IMG/VR virus record: IMGVR_UViG_3300029121_000001
Direction: 5' to 3' (one strand)
Length of the DNA: 64,000 nt
From: a virus
The notes under the pieces were generated by a model. It was given only the letters and a program-made list of their open reading frames with translations. It was not told the DNA's origin and made no database searches. A program made the position numbers and the translations under genes. Position 1 is the first letter of the stretch. Each line of letters begins with the position of its first letter. Positions 9,557 through 18,201 of the stretch are shown in pieces.

Positions 9557-9814
9557 TTGGTTGAAAATAGAGTTCAAACTTATTTAACTAAATTTAGCGG
9601 TATTACAAAATATTATCCTCTATCGGTAGTATTATGTGATAAACGGACTGATATAATAAGTATAGAATTATTCAGATCTAATGACAATTTTGAAGTTAAT
9701 ATATATTCTATATCTAAAACATCAACATTACACAAAACTAAATTAACTGGTGTTACATGCTTATTGTATTATGTAACAGACATATATGATGATATAGCAT
9801 TTAATCTTAATTAA
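9557..9814 (+). CDS. Hypothetical protein (85 aa, TTG start)
   Basis: ORF immediately after motif copy 3. A terminator follows. Confidence 0.4.
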   Translation: MVENRVQTYLTKFSGITKYYPLSVVLCDKRTDIISIELFRSNDNFEVNIYSISKTSTLHKTKLTGVTCLLYYVTDIYDDIAFNLN

Positions 9815-9823
9815 AATCTATAG

Positions 9824-9846
9824 TCCAAGGGATTAAATCCCTTGGA
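9824..9846 (+). terminator. Intrinsic terminator
   Basis: TCCAAGGGAT / ATCCCTTGGA stem followed by TTTTAATTTTT. Confidence 0.7.
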
Positions 9847-9856
9847 TTTTAATTTT

Positions 9857-9906
9857 TGTAATACTGAGATATTATAATATTGAAGCAAGTTAGAATTTAT
9901 TCTTGC
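9857..9906 (+). promoter_or_regulatory. Promoter-plus-5'-hairpin module (class 'GATATTATAAT')
   Basis: TGTAATACTGAGATATTATAATATTGAA followed by hairpin GCAAG...CTTGC. Confidence 0.5.
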
Positions 9907-9930
9907 TTTAATATATGATTAAAGAAAGGA

Positions 9931-10683
9931 ATGATGAAAATGAAAGTAGCAACAAAAGAAGAGTTTTTTAATCAAGATACAATCTGTATTTTTACAGATG
10001 CATCTTACCAACAAAAAGATTTGTATAAAATTCCTGCTGAACAGCTTACAAGCCCTGCTTATTGTGTTTATCTCAATGATCAGTGTCTTGAAAGAAATTG
10101 CATTATTCTTAATAATTGTAATTCTCAGCAAGGAGAACTTTATGCACTCTTTATGGGAGTAAATGTAGCTGTAAAGTATTATAATCTTGGCTATAGAAGG
10201 ATTAAGCTTTTTAGTGACAATCAAAATGCTGTTCTAGGAATTAGAGAATGGATCTTTAGATGGATTCGAGAAACTAATTCTGGTAGAGCAACTTTTGGTG
10301 CTAATGGTAGAATTAGTAATCAAGAATACTATATGGATATCATTTATACCATTCTTGCAAATCGTATTTTCTTGGAATTCTATCATGTAAAAGGCCATGT
10401 GGATCTTAGAAATAAAGCATCTTTGGCTCATGCTAAATATCTGTTTCTAAAATCTAATCCTTTTGTTGGAGATGATACTACTGACGATCTTATCTATTAT
10501 ATGGCAATGGGAAATAATGATGTTGACTATTATTCAACAACTATTCTCAAGAGTTTTATTTATCATAATGGATCTGGATATTGCAGTGGTACACATGCAA
10601 TCAGTTTTGAGTATGATAAATCTAAACTTAATATGAATGATTATAAAGCTTTGGTGAATAAAAATGGTAGGACAATCTTTTAA
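9931..10683 (+). CDS. RNase H-like nuclease (RNase HI fold) with C-terminal extension
   Basis: The acidic/His catalytic series appears in order: 'IFTDAS', 'QQGELYAL', 'LFSDNQNAV', 'YHVKGH'. Confidence 0.65.
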   Translation: MMKMKVATKEEFFNQDTICIFTDASYQQKDLYKIPAEQLTSPAYCVYLNDQCLERNCIILNNCNSQQGELYALFMGVNVAVKYYNLGYRRIKLFSDNQNAVLGIREWIFRWIRETNSGRATFGANGRISNQEYYMDIIYTILANRIFLEFYHVKGHVDLRNKASLAHAKYLFLKSNPFVGDDTTDDLIYYMAMGNNDVDYYSTTILKSFIYHNGSGYCSGTHAISFEYDKSKLNMNDYKALVNKNGRTIF

Positions 10684-11185
10684 TCCTTGGCAAGACAATA
10701 GCCTAATTTCAATGACTAAGCGAGTTGGCCAGTATACATTTGAGCATAAAGCATATTTAACTTCTAAGATCAGTGATTATGACTATGACACTGATAACCC
10801 TAATAGAAGATTCATATCAAATTATGTTCATAAGATTTGTATCTATGATCTCTGTGGATCTATCTTTTTCACATTCACTACCAATTCAGAACCGATGTAT
10901 AATTTAATTACATCTTTAATATTTAAATCTAAATATAACAAACAAGGAGATATTTGTTGTATTGATATTAATGATGACAATACATCTATTCCTTATAGAC
11001 TCAATGTAATTGGAGATCAGCAGATAACAAAGATTCTTATTGCGCCAACATCGATTCAATTTGACTCATATTCAAGAATGATCAGTACTCTAACACTATC
11101 AATACCAAATAAAGATCTTGATGATCTTGTTACTGTATTGAAATTTGATAAAGATGGGAAGGGATGTTTAAATGACTATGTATAA
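10664..11185 (+). CDS. Hypothetical protein (173 aa)
   Basis: ORF overlapping the previous stop by 20 nt. Confidence 0.5.
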   Translation: MVGQSFNPWQDNSLISMTKRVGQYTFEHKAYLTSKISDYDYDTDNPNRRFISNYVHKICIYDLCGSIFFTFTTNSEPMYNLITSLIFKSKYNKQGDICCIDINDDNTSIPYRLNVIGDQQITKILIAPTSIQFDSYSRMISTLTLSIPNKDLDDLVTVLKFDKDGKGCLNDYV

Positions 11186-11480
11186 CTATATTCTCATTTG
11201 GGGAATTTCTATTATTGTAATTATTCTTCTTGGATTGATTGTAATTAGACTTGGAGATATTAACGATAATCTTTCCATTATTGATTATGATCTTTCTCAG
11301 AACAATAAATATATTTTCATGATCTTTATGGGAATTCGCATTATTCTGAAGAATAGTTATGGAATTAATCTTGTAGAATTCTGCGACGAATATCTTCAGA
11401 AAATTGATAATGACGAAGACATTGATTTCTCTGAAAATGAAGAAACCAATGCTGAAGATGATGATGAACTCGATAAATGA
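11172..11480 (+). CDS. Small membrane protein with acidic tail (102 aa)
   Basis: 'YILIWGISIIVIILLGLIVI' hydrophobic helix and C-terminal 'ENEETNAEDDDELDK'. Confidence 0.5.
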   Translation: MTMYNYILIWGISIIVIILLGLIVIRLGDINDNLSIIDYDLSQNNKYIFMIFMGIRIILKNSYGINLVEFCDEYLQKIDNDEDIDFSENEETNAEDDDELDK

Positions 11481-12412
11481 AAAGGAGAGCTATTATGAAT
11501 AACAATGATTCTAAGTCCCGTTCGATTATGAATGCTATTGAGAATATCCTGAAGAACTCTGGTGTAAAAAATCTTAAGATTGTTCCTCTTGACGAAGTTC
11601 CTGATACTGCAGTCCATCAGGAGCCTAAGGATATTGATCTTTATACTTGCAAGGAAGTAGAGAAAGCTGTTCCTAAGAATATTCCTGCAATTACTTTTGA
11701 CAATTCTTGGGTCTATACTACTGATGGTGCTGTTGAGATTCCCAATGACGTAAGAACAATTTTCTGCAATATGGCTTACAATAATACCAAAGATATTGTT
11801 GGTGAGAACAATGATTTCAATACTCCTATTGGAGCAGTAATGGATTACACTGTCAAAAATAATTTGTATTTCAACTGTGAAATTGTAAAGAAGAATATCT
11901 ATAATCATTTCCTTCAGGAATATTATGGCCTGTGTTATTCTCTCATCAATACTGTAAATGAACTTCTGTGTAATCTTGAATGTGATCCTATTGAAATTGA
12001 TATTTACGAGGTTGCATCTTGTAATCCGTATAATTTTGATTTTAATAGCACACTTGAAAGTATTTTCGTAAATACTCCTCAGGCTGTAACTGAGATCATT
12101 AACAGTGGTAAACTTGATAGTTATATCGCTACGATGGTTAATGTTATTGGCACTAATACCTATAATAATTTCATCAATAAATATATCATGCAGGCTGTTG
12201 CTGGAATGAATGCAAAGACAGCAGATGCTTTTGTGAGAGGATTCAATACTGTCTTTAGAATGTTTATGGGTGATCTATCTTATTCTGGTGCAGTACTTGC
12301 TGCTACAATTGCAAATGAAGTAAATGCCTCTAATATTTATACAATTTTCAATGCTAATGATACGGCACATGATGTTTTGTATAAAAAAGGAATTAATGAA
12401 GACCATAATTGA
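11477..12412 (+). CDS. Hypothetical protein (311 aa)
   Basis: ORF with ATGA overlap to the upstream gene. Confidence 0.6.
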   Translation: MKRRAIMNNNDSKSRSIMNAIENILKNSGVKNLKIVPLDEVPDTAVHQEPKDIDLYTCKEVEKAVPKNIPAITFDNSWVYTTDGAVEIPNDVRTIFCNMAYNNTKDIVGENNDFNTPIGAVMDYTVKNNLYFNCEIVKKNIYNHFLQEYYGLCYSLINTVNELLCNLECDPIEIDIYEVASCNPYNFDFNSTLESIFVNTPQAVTEIINSGKLDSYIATMVNVIGTNTYNNFINKYIMQAVAGMNAKTADAFVRGFNTVFRMFMGDLSYSGAVLAATIANEVNASNIYTIFNANDTAHDVLYKKGINEDHN

Positions 12413-12488
12413 CGAATAAAAAGATATTATAAGTATGAACATCCGGAGATTGTTCATTTAAACATAATAAGAAAAGGAGAATAAATTG

Positions 12489-13961
12489 ATGATGGATATG
12501 AACATGTATCCCAACAACTTTATGTCTCCTCCTTATACTAATGGAAGTATAGGAGGGTATCCAGGATATGGATACCCTCCTTATTATCCTAACATGTATG
12601 GGATGGGACAGCAGCCTCAGATGATGGCAAATATGTACAATATCAATAGCATGCCTATCGAGGCAACCTTTAGTAACGGTAGCACCGTTACTATTCCTCC
12701 TCAGCAGCCTATGGGATCTGGTTCTAATCCTGTATCAAATCCTAGTCTTGGATATATTCAGGGTGGTGCTACTATTAATCAGGGTGGTTATGATCCTACT
12801 ACAAAAACTTTTACACCTCCTGCTGCTCAGCAAGGTTTTAATCCTTATGGAGTATCTTATCAGATGCCTTCTTATGCTCCTCCTATGCAGGGACAGATGG
12901 TAAATGGCCAGATGGTTTATCCTAATGGATTTGAACCTTATGATCCTTCCAAGAGATCTAATAATGTCTATTATTCTTCCATGATGCCTTATGGTAATTA
13001 TAATAGAGCATTATATAATAATTTTCAGAATCAAGCTAACATTGCTCTTCAGGAATATATTTACAATGAAGAAATGGTTAGTAGTGATCCTGGAATTGTT
13101 ATCAATACTTTGCTGAAGGATAAATCTCATTGTGCTCCTGGATATATTATGGGATATGATTATTATGGTAATCCTATCTATAGTAATCCTCAGTATGCCT
13201 GCGAGGTCAATAAGCAGAGACAGGAAGCTTATGAGAAAGCTAAGCATGATCGTCAAGTATTCTATACAACACTTGCTAAGATTAGAGCAGTGTATAATCA
13301 TGAAGACTTTGATGAGAAAGCTGCTATGGAATATTATGATCCTGATCGTAATATGAAACAAGCTCAGCCTAAAGCATTTAGCTATTACACTGCTACTCCT
13401 GAAGAAAGGGAGGAATATGATGAGCAGATGGAGCAAGCAAGTGTGAATGCTTTTGTGAATCGTATTGATCAAGCAGAAGCAACACTTCCTTATCGTATTG
13501 CTCAACGAAATGAAATGTTTGCTAAAATTAAGGAATCTCATGATAGACTTCTTGGCATTGAACCTGGTCAACCTTGCAGTCTTCAGCAGTTCCTTGATAA
13601 CGGATATAAACTCTGTGCTGCAAACGCTGCAAAAGAGATCAAAGCTAAACTTAAGACTGGATATGATAAATATTCCACGAATAATTTTAGACAAGCTCTT
13701 GCAAGAGAGACTCATTCCCAGATTCCTATTCAATCTAAAGATGATGAGTATGTGCCTATAGAGACTATGCTCAAAAATATCTATGAAAAGAATAGGCGAG
13801 AAAATAGTGCTTTAGCAGGACAAGCACAGATTCCTGGGTTTAGTCAACCTCAATCCCCTGGATATAGTCCCACAGAAATGGACGCTCATAATAAGTTCAT
13901 GATTGCAATGCAAAATGCAAAGGAGCAAAATGATATTAGATTAATGGCGAGAGGAGGGTGA
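12489..13961 (+). CDS. Protein with a ~170-aa prion-like P/Y/G/M/Q/N-rich N-terminal region and a charged helical C-terminal domain
   Basis: AAAGGAG RBS 9 nt before ATG 12489. The N-terminus reads 'YPGYGYPPYYPNMYGMGQQPQMMANMYN...'. Confidence 0.7.
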   Translation: MMDMNMYPNNFMSPPYTNGSIGGYPGYGYPPYYPNMYGMGQQPQMMANMYNINSMPIEATFSNGSTVTIPPQQPMGSGSNPVSNPSLGYIQGGATINQGGYDPTTKTFTPPAAQQGFNPYGVSYQMPSYAPPMQGQMVNGQMVYPNGFEPYDPSKRSNNVYYSSMMPYGNYNRALYNNFQNQANIALQEYIYNEEMVSSDPGIVINTLLKDKSHCAPGYIMGYDYYGNPIYSNPQYACEVNKQRQEAYEKAKHDRQVFYTTLAKIRAVYNHEDFDEKAAMEYYDPDRNMKQAQPKAFSYYTATPEEREEYDEQMEQASVNAFVNRIDQAEATLPYRIAQRNEMFAKIKESHDRLLGIEPGQPCSLQQFLDNGYKLCAANAAKEIKAKLKTGYDKYSTNNFRQALARETHSQIPIQSKDDEYVPIETMLKNIYEKNRRENSALAGQAQIPGFSQPQSPGYSPTEMDAHNKFMIAMQNAKEQNDIRLMARGG

Positions 13962-15394
13962 TATCATTGAGAACTGATCAAGAGCGTAATTTGATTTCTG
14001 TAATGTATGGAGGCACTACAGATCTCAATTCATTTAAGTGGGATCAAATGACTACAGCTCCTATTTTAAGTTTAATGACTACTCAAGATATCGATTACAT
14101 TAGAAAGCTTATCTTGTCACCTAAGTATTCCGGAGATACTAAGTATAAACTTGATAAGATTAATGATGTAATGCATTTTAGAGGATTCACTAAATTTGCA
14201 GGCGGAACTAATAGAGTCGTTTATATCCACCCAGCAGCACCAAATGCAGTATTTAAGATTGCAATTGATTCTATAGGAATTGGAGATAATCCAGCTGAAT
14301 ATAGGAATCAAGCAATTCTTAAGCCGTACTGCTGTAAGGTGTTTGAATGCTCTCCATGTGGTACAATTGCATCATTTGAGAGAGTATATCGGATTACTAC
14401 ATTTAAAGAATTTTATGAGATTGCTGATGATTACTTTTATATTTTGTCCAGAAGAATTCTGGGTAAATATATTATGGAAGATATTGGCATCAATTATTTC
14501 ATGAATGTAGGAATTCGAATTGGATGCCATCCTGTAATTCTTGACTTCCCTTACCTGTATGAGCTGGATGGAAAGAAATTACAGTGCCAGAATCAATTAG
14601 ATGATGGTACTATTTGTGGTGGCGAAATTGATTACGATGATGGATTCAATAAGCTGATCTGTAAGAAATGCGGAAGAATCTATCGTGCAAAAGATTTAAG
14701 AAAAGATCCTGATAAGTCACGCATTGTGGTTATTGGATCTGGAGAAGAGGAGTATACTGATATGCGTAACGTTATTACTGCTGGCAACCGTGTCATTCGT
14801 GTGTTCGAGGATGGTCTGTGTGTTTATAATGCTGATAAGGCAAATGGCATGTCTTATGAACAGTATATGGAGCATATGAACAATACAAACAATACTGATG
14901 AAGATGATAGCAATGACTATACTATCAACACACAGGAATCTGAACAGATCGAGCCCAAAGAGATTTCTAAGTCTGTAAAGGCTCCGGAACCGATTGAGTC
15001 TGAGCATGTTGTCGAAGCAAACTTCGATAAGGTAAGAGATATTATTCAGAGTAATTCTTCTAATCCTGAAGATACTATTGCTAAGATTCCTGATGAGATT
15101 GAACTTGCTCCTGATGAAGAAGTTCATGAAGAATCCGATGATAGTGAACCTGAGACTACTGGAGAAGAAGCTGCTTGTAAAGAATCTGAATCTGTAGTTG
15201 AGGAGAAGGAGGATGATCATCAAACCGCATCATATGAAGGGCATTATGCAGTAGCTGGTAATGATGTAGAATCTGTTATCTCGCCTTTGGTTGGTAATAC
15301 CAGCAACCCTGTAGAGTTTAGCAACTCTATGATGGAATATATGGCGCGCAAAAAGGGATCTAAGATTGATCTTAATAATATTGATCTGATGTAA
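13958..15394 (+). CDS. Hypothetical protein: possible atypical protein-kinase-like fold + CxxC...CxxC zinc ribbon + long acidic tail
   Basis: 'FAGGTNRVVYI...AVFKIAI' (G-loop/VAIK-like), 'EDIGINYFMNVG' and 'PVILDFPY' (catalytic loop/DFG-like), 'CQNQLDDGTICGG...CKKCGRIY', then a D/E-rich C-terminus. The fold assignment is by eye only. Confidence 0.4.
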   Translation: MISLRTDQERNLISVMYGGTTDLNSFKWDQMTTAPILSLMTTQDIDYIRKLILSPKYSGDTKYKLDKINDVMHFRGFTKFAGGTNRVVYIHPAAPNAVFKIAIDSIGIGDNPAEYRNQAILKPYCCKVFECSPCGTIASFERVYRITTFKEFYEIADDYFYILSRRILGKYIMEDIGINYFMNVGIRIGCHPVILDFPYLYELDGKKLQCQNQLDDGTICGGEIDYDDGFNKLICKKCGRIYRAKDLRKDPDKSRIVVIGSGEEEYTDMRNVITAGNRVIRVFEDGLCVYNADKANGMSYEQYMEHMNNTNNTDEDDSNDYTINTQESEQIEPKEISKSVKAPEPIESEHVVEANFDKVRDIIQSNSSNPEDTIAKIPDEIELAPDEEVHEESDDSEPETTGEEAACKESESVVEEKEDDHQTASYEGHYAVAGNDVESVISPLVGNTSNPVEFSNSMMEYMARKKGSKIDLNNIDLM

Positions 15395-15409
15395 AGGAGA
15401 TGATCTTTA

Positions 15410-16117
15410 ATGATCCTCACTGGAACAATGTTTATCATTGATGAACCTCATCTTGATATTCTAAAAGCAAATCTTTCGAGAATGCCTCCACCCGGGATTC
15501 ACGGGCCCCAGCTTGCTGCAGGTACAGCATTATGTATGGATATGGATGAAACAGATAACATGCTTGAGATGTGGTTTCCTGATCATTGTCAAAAAGCAAC
15601 TCTTCTCTGTCCTCCTCCTGCAGCAATGTATAAAGAGATAGATGGAGATATGGAAGGATTCATCAAAGAGTACAATGAATATCTTGATTATGATTCTAAT
15701 GTTCAAGAATTTATTGGAAGTATGCTGATGTATCTTCACGTTGGCGGTAATGTGATGCTATATACTCCATCTCATCTTGAAGACGATTCTTTGTGGACTA
15801 ACACTCTGATTCTATTCTTCTTTACACGATATGGTATTACTGTTGGAACATCGAATACCAATCCTTATGCTTACGATCCTAGGTATGATGGTGTCATTGC
15901 GGATTCTCTATATGGTAATGGATATATCGATATAATGGAATATCTAAATCTTAGTGATCCTAATATGCAGCATAGTCTCGAGGTCTATAATAGATTGAAA
16001 TATGATCTTACTCCTATGTGTCCTGGAGAAGATCCTATGAAGTTCTATTATACAGCAAAGAATCTTATCAACACTACAGGATCTCCTGTATTCTCTCCAG
16101 CAATTGTATTCAATTAA
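15410..16117 (+). CDS. Hypothetical protein (235 aa), tandem paralog A
   Basis: AAGGAG RBS. It shares '...LPP...Y..Y...(alh)GGN-V-LY...YGI/YDI' colinear similarity with 16129..16665. Confidence 0.55.
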   Translation: MILTGTMFIIDEPHLDILKANLSRMPPPGIHGPQLAAGTALCMDMDETDNMLEMWFPDHCQKATLLCPPPAAMYKEIDGDMEGFIKEYNEYLDYDSNVQEFIGSMLMYLHVGGNVMLYTPSHLEDDSLWTNTLILFFFTRYGITVGTSNTNPYAYDPRYDGVIADSLYGNGYIDIMEYLNLSDPNMQHSLEVYNRLKYDLTPMCPGEDPMKFYYTAKNLINTTGSPVFSPAIVFN

Positions 16118-16128
16118 GGAGTAACACA

Positions 16129-16665
16129 ATGTTGGTATTCGGACCTTTTCATGCAGGTCCGGGGGTAGACCAGGGGTTTAGGATGTTTAATTTGTCTTCT
16201 CCGACAGAATATATTCCTAAACTTCCTGGACTATTTGTATTACCTCCGGATAAGAAGCTTTATCCTTCTATTGAAGTAGCAGAACAAGCTGAGAAGGCAT
16301 TTGATACATGGTACTATAATTATGTATTAAATGATCCTCAAGCTAGTATGTCTCTTATGGCAGTTATCGATGCTTTATATGAAGGAAATAAAGTATATGT
16401 TTGCATCGGTGGTTATGATGGATTACGCGATGATTATGTCAGCATTTTGAATGAGTCTTTTATGAAGATCATTCAAACAAGATATGATATCAAGTATTCT
16501 ATCATTAATACTCGTGATGACTTAAATTATATCTCTCAAGATGGATGTGATTTTATGTCAGTTGCAGGCATTCAGCAGTTTGATCAAGATAAGAAGAGAT
16601 TGATGATGTTGAACGTAGAAAATCAGATCATCAATAACTCTCTTCCAACTAATGATGATTATTAA
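16129..16665 (+). CDS. Hypothetical protein (178 aa from ATG 16129), tandem paralog B
   Basis: TAAGGAG RBS before ATG 16129. The longer track ORF (16018) overlaps the upstream gene and lacks an RBS. Confidence 0.55.
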   Translation: MLVFGPFHAGPGVDQGFRMFNLSSPTEYIPKLPGLFVLPPDKKLYPSIEVAEQAEKAFDTWYYNYVLNDPQASMSLMAVIDALYEGNKVYVCIGGYDGLRDDYVSILNESFMKIIQTRYDIKYSIINTRDDLNYISQDGCDFMSVAGIQQFDQDKKRLMMLNVENQIINNSLPTNDDY

Positions 16666-16677
16666 GGAGGTGAATAT

Positions 16678-16878
16678 ATGAAAATCATCAAACATGGTCA
16701 ATCAAAAGAAATATCATTTAAATGTGCTTTTTGTGCATGCGAATGGATATCTAATCCTGGAGAAACTAAACACTATATCTGTAGCATGAATGGAAAGAAA
16801 TTTGATATTTATTCTATGGAATGCCCTGAGTGTGGTAGAGATGTTTCAGAAACTATCGAAAAAGAAACTCCAGAATAA
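16678..16878 (+). CDS. Small zinc-ribbon protein (66 aa)
   Basis: 'CAFCAC' ... 'CPECG'. GGAGG RBS. Confidence 0.5.
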   Translation: MKIIKHGQSKEISFKCAFCACEWISNPGETKHYICSMNGKKFDIYSMECPECGRDVSETIEKETPE

Positions 16879-16894
16879 TTAACCAATAAAGGGG

Positions 16895-17716
16895 TTGTCA
16901 AAGATGCCTACAGATTTATGGAGATCTTATAATTATAAAACACCGATAAAATACTATGTGAATACTTTTATTCGTGAATACGACTTATCCAAAGCTAATA
17001 TTAATGCTCTCTATTATATGGGACGCGTAACCCAAGAAGAACGAGAATCCTACTTAGTGATGAGTAAAGAGGAAAGAGAGACAAAGATAGGCTTATGGAT
17101 CAAGAAAGATAAATCGATATACAAAGATATTCAAACTGGTATTTTTGAAGCAAAGAGGCGATTAGTATTTGCTAATAGTGTTGAGGATTATGAGGTTATT
17201 GCTGTAAAGAACGATGCAATGTTTATTGCGGGTAGGAATCTTATGCATACAGATTTTCCACCATTTAGCTTTAAAGTGAAGAATACTTACACCGTGTACT
17301 TTGGTATAGCTGATCTTGAAGTTTATTATGGTGATACTGTAGACCCTATTAGTGGATTTGTCAGTACAAATATAGATGTAAAAGGTATTAGCGATGAAAT
17401 GCTATCCTTGCATCAAAATGGTATGCTAGATTTAATCTGTAATGTCTGCTATAAGATTCAAAGAGAGGATATAAGTGAAACTATGAAATGGATGAGTCAA
17501 ATGTATGATTTATTCATTAATAGAAAGCTTCCTAAGCAGTACTATAGAAACTTCGATTCATTTTCTGGATATACTATTCATACGTATTTCAGAAGCGCTT
17601 CATTGGGTGAGATCGATGATAGCATGGTCGAGGTAGTAGATATTAATCGCAATCTATTAATTCTAAGAGACTTAATGAGTATTGTATCTGATATATACAG
17701 ATCATCTATGCACTGA
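16895..17716 (+). CDS. Hypothetical protein (273 aa; start TTG 16895 or ATG 16904)
   Basis: Long ORF followed by a terminator. Confidence 0.6.
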   Translation: MSKMPTDLWRSYNYKTPIKYYVNTFIREYDLSKANINALYYMGRVTQEERESYLVMSKEERETKIGLWIKKDKSIYKDIQTGIFEAKRRLVFANSVEDYEVIAVKNDAMFIAGRNLMHTDFPPFSFKVKNTYTVYFGIADLEVYYGDTVDPISGFVSTNIDVKGISDEMLSLHQNGMLDLICNVCYKIQREDISETMKWMSQMYDLFINRKLPKQYYRNFDSFSGYTIHTYFRSASLGEIDDSMVEVVDINRNLLILRDLMSIVSDIYRSSMH

Positions 17717-17725
17717 CAAATGAAT

Positions 17726-17753
17726 AGAGGTAGGGACTTGAATCCCTACCTCT
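17726..17753 (+). terminator. Intrinsic terminator
   Basis: AGAGGTAGGGA / TCCCTACCTCT stem followed by a long T run. Confidence 0.7.
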
Positions 17754-17811
17754 ATTATTTTTTTTTGATTGAAAAGGAGTGAATTAAAATGGTTAGAGAT
17801 GATAGAAGAAA

Positions 17812-17887
17812 TGGAGCTGGTAATAGGACTTGAACCTACAACCTGCTGATTACAAATCAGCTGCTCTGCCAATTGAGCTATACCAGC
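17812..17887 (-). tRNA. tRNA-Thr (anticodon UGU), CCA encoded
   Basis: The reverse complement folds as GCTGGTA/TACCAGC acceptor, GCTGA-TTTGTAA-TCAGC anticodon arm and GTAGG-TTCAAGT-CCTAT T arm, ending in TCCA. Confidence 0.85.
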
Positions 17888-17895
17888 ATATTAAG

Positions 17896-17966
17896 TTGCG
17901 CCAGCAGGAGTCGAACCTACGATGGGGGAGTCAAAGTCCCCTGCCTTACCGCTTGGCGATGGCGCA
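17896..17966 (-). tRNA. tRNA-Gln (anticodon UUG), no encoded CCA
   Basis: The reverse complement folds as TGCGCCA/TGGCGCA acceptor (U1-A72), GGGGA-CTTTGAC-TCCCC anticodon arm and GTAGG-TTCGACT-CCTGC T arm. Confidence 0.8.
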
Positions 17967-18120
17967 TTAAATCTAGCGAAGTCACGGCACCCGCTTACAA
18001 GACCTACTGCTTCAGTAGCGACTACCGAAGAGCTGGGAATAATAGGCGAAACAGAAAGGAATGCAGTACATCTCTGGTAAGATGCGAAGCGAAAGCAACA
18101 AGTTTGATGAAACGTAGTCG
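17967..18120 (-). ncRNA. Candidate stable small RNA in the tRNA-Gly/tRNA-Gln spacer
   Basis: A 154-nt spacer, clearly more GC-rich than the genome. It has no tRNA T-loop and no credible ORF. Helices visible on the minus strand are CGACTAC...GTAGTCG, CTACTG-aag-CAGTAG and CATCT-taccag-AGATG. Confidence 0.35.
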
Positions 18121-18196
18121 TGGAGCAGCTGACGAGTCTCGAACTCGCAACAACCTGCTTGGAAGGCAGGTGCTCTACCAATTGAACTACAGCTGC
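18121..18196 (-). tRNA. tRNA-Gly (anticodon UCC), CCA encoded
   Basis: The reverse complement folds as GCAGCTG/CAGCTGC acceptor, CCTGC-CTTCCAA-GCAGG anticodon arm and GCGAG-TTCGAGA-CTCGT T arm, ending in TCCA. Confidence 0.85.
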
Positions 18197-18201
18197 ATAG
18201 A

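Noticed and set aside
13011-13733. 240-aa minus-strand ORF inside 12489..13961, and the many other nested ORFs listed in the track (e.g. 5116..5445, 6826..7197, 35302..35877, 53700..54125, 57209..57650).
   Set aside because: They are antisense to or out of frame with longer ORFs that have RBSs and recognisable motifs. I/L/F/S/R-rich compositions are typical of AT-rich shadow frames.
17779-17825. Mini-ORFs with apparent RBSs: MVRDDRRNGAGNRT at ~17789, and two 13-codon minus-strand ORFs in 36049-36180.
   Set aside because: The first overlaps tRNA-Thr and the others are antisense to the local operon. They are too short to support without expression data.
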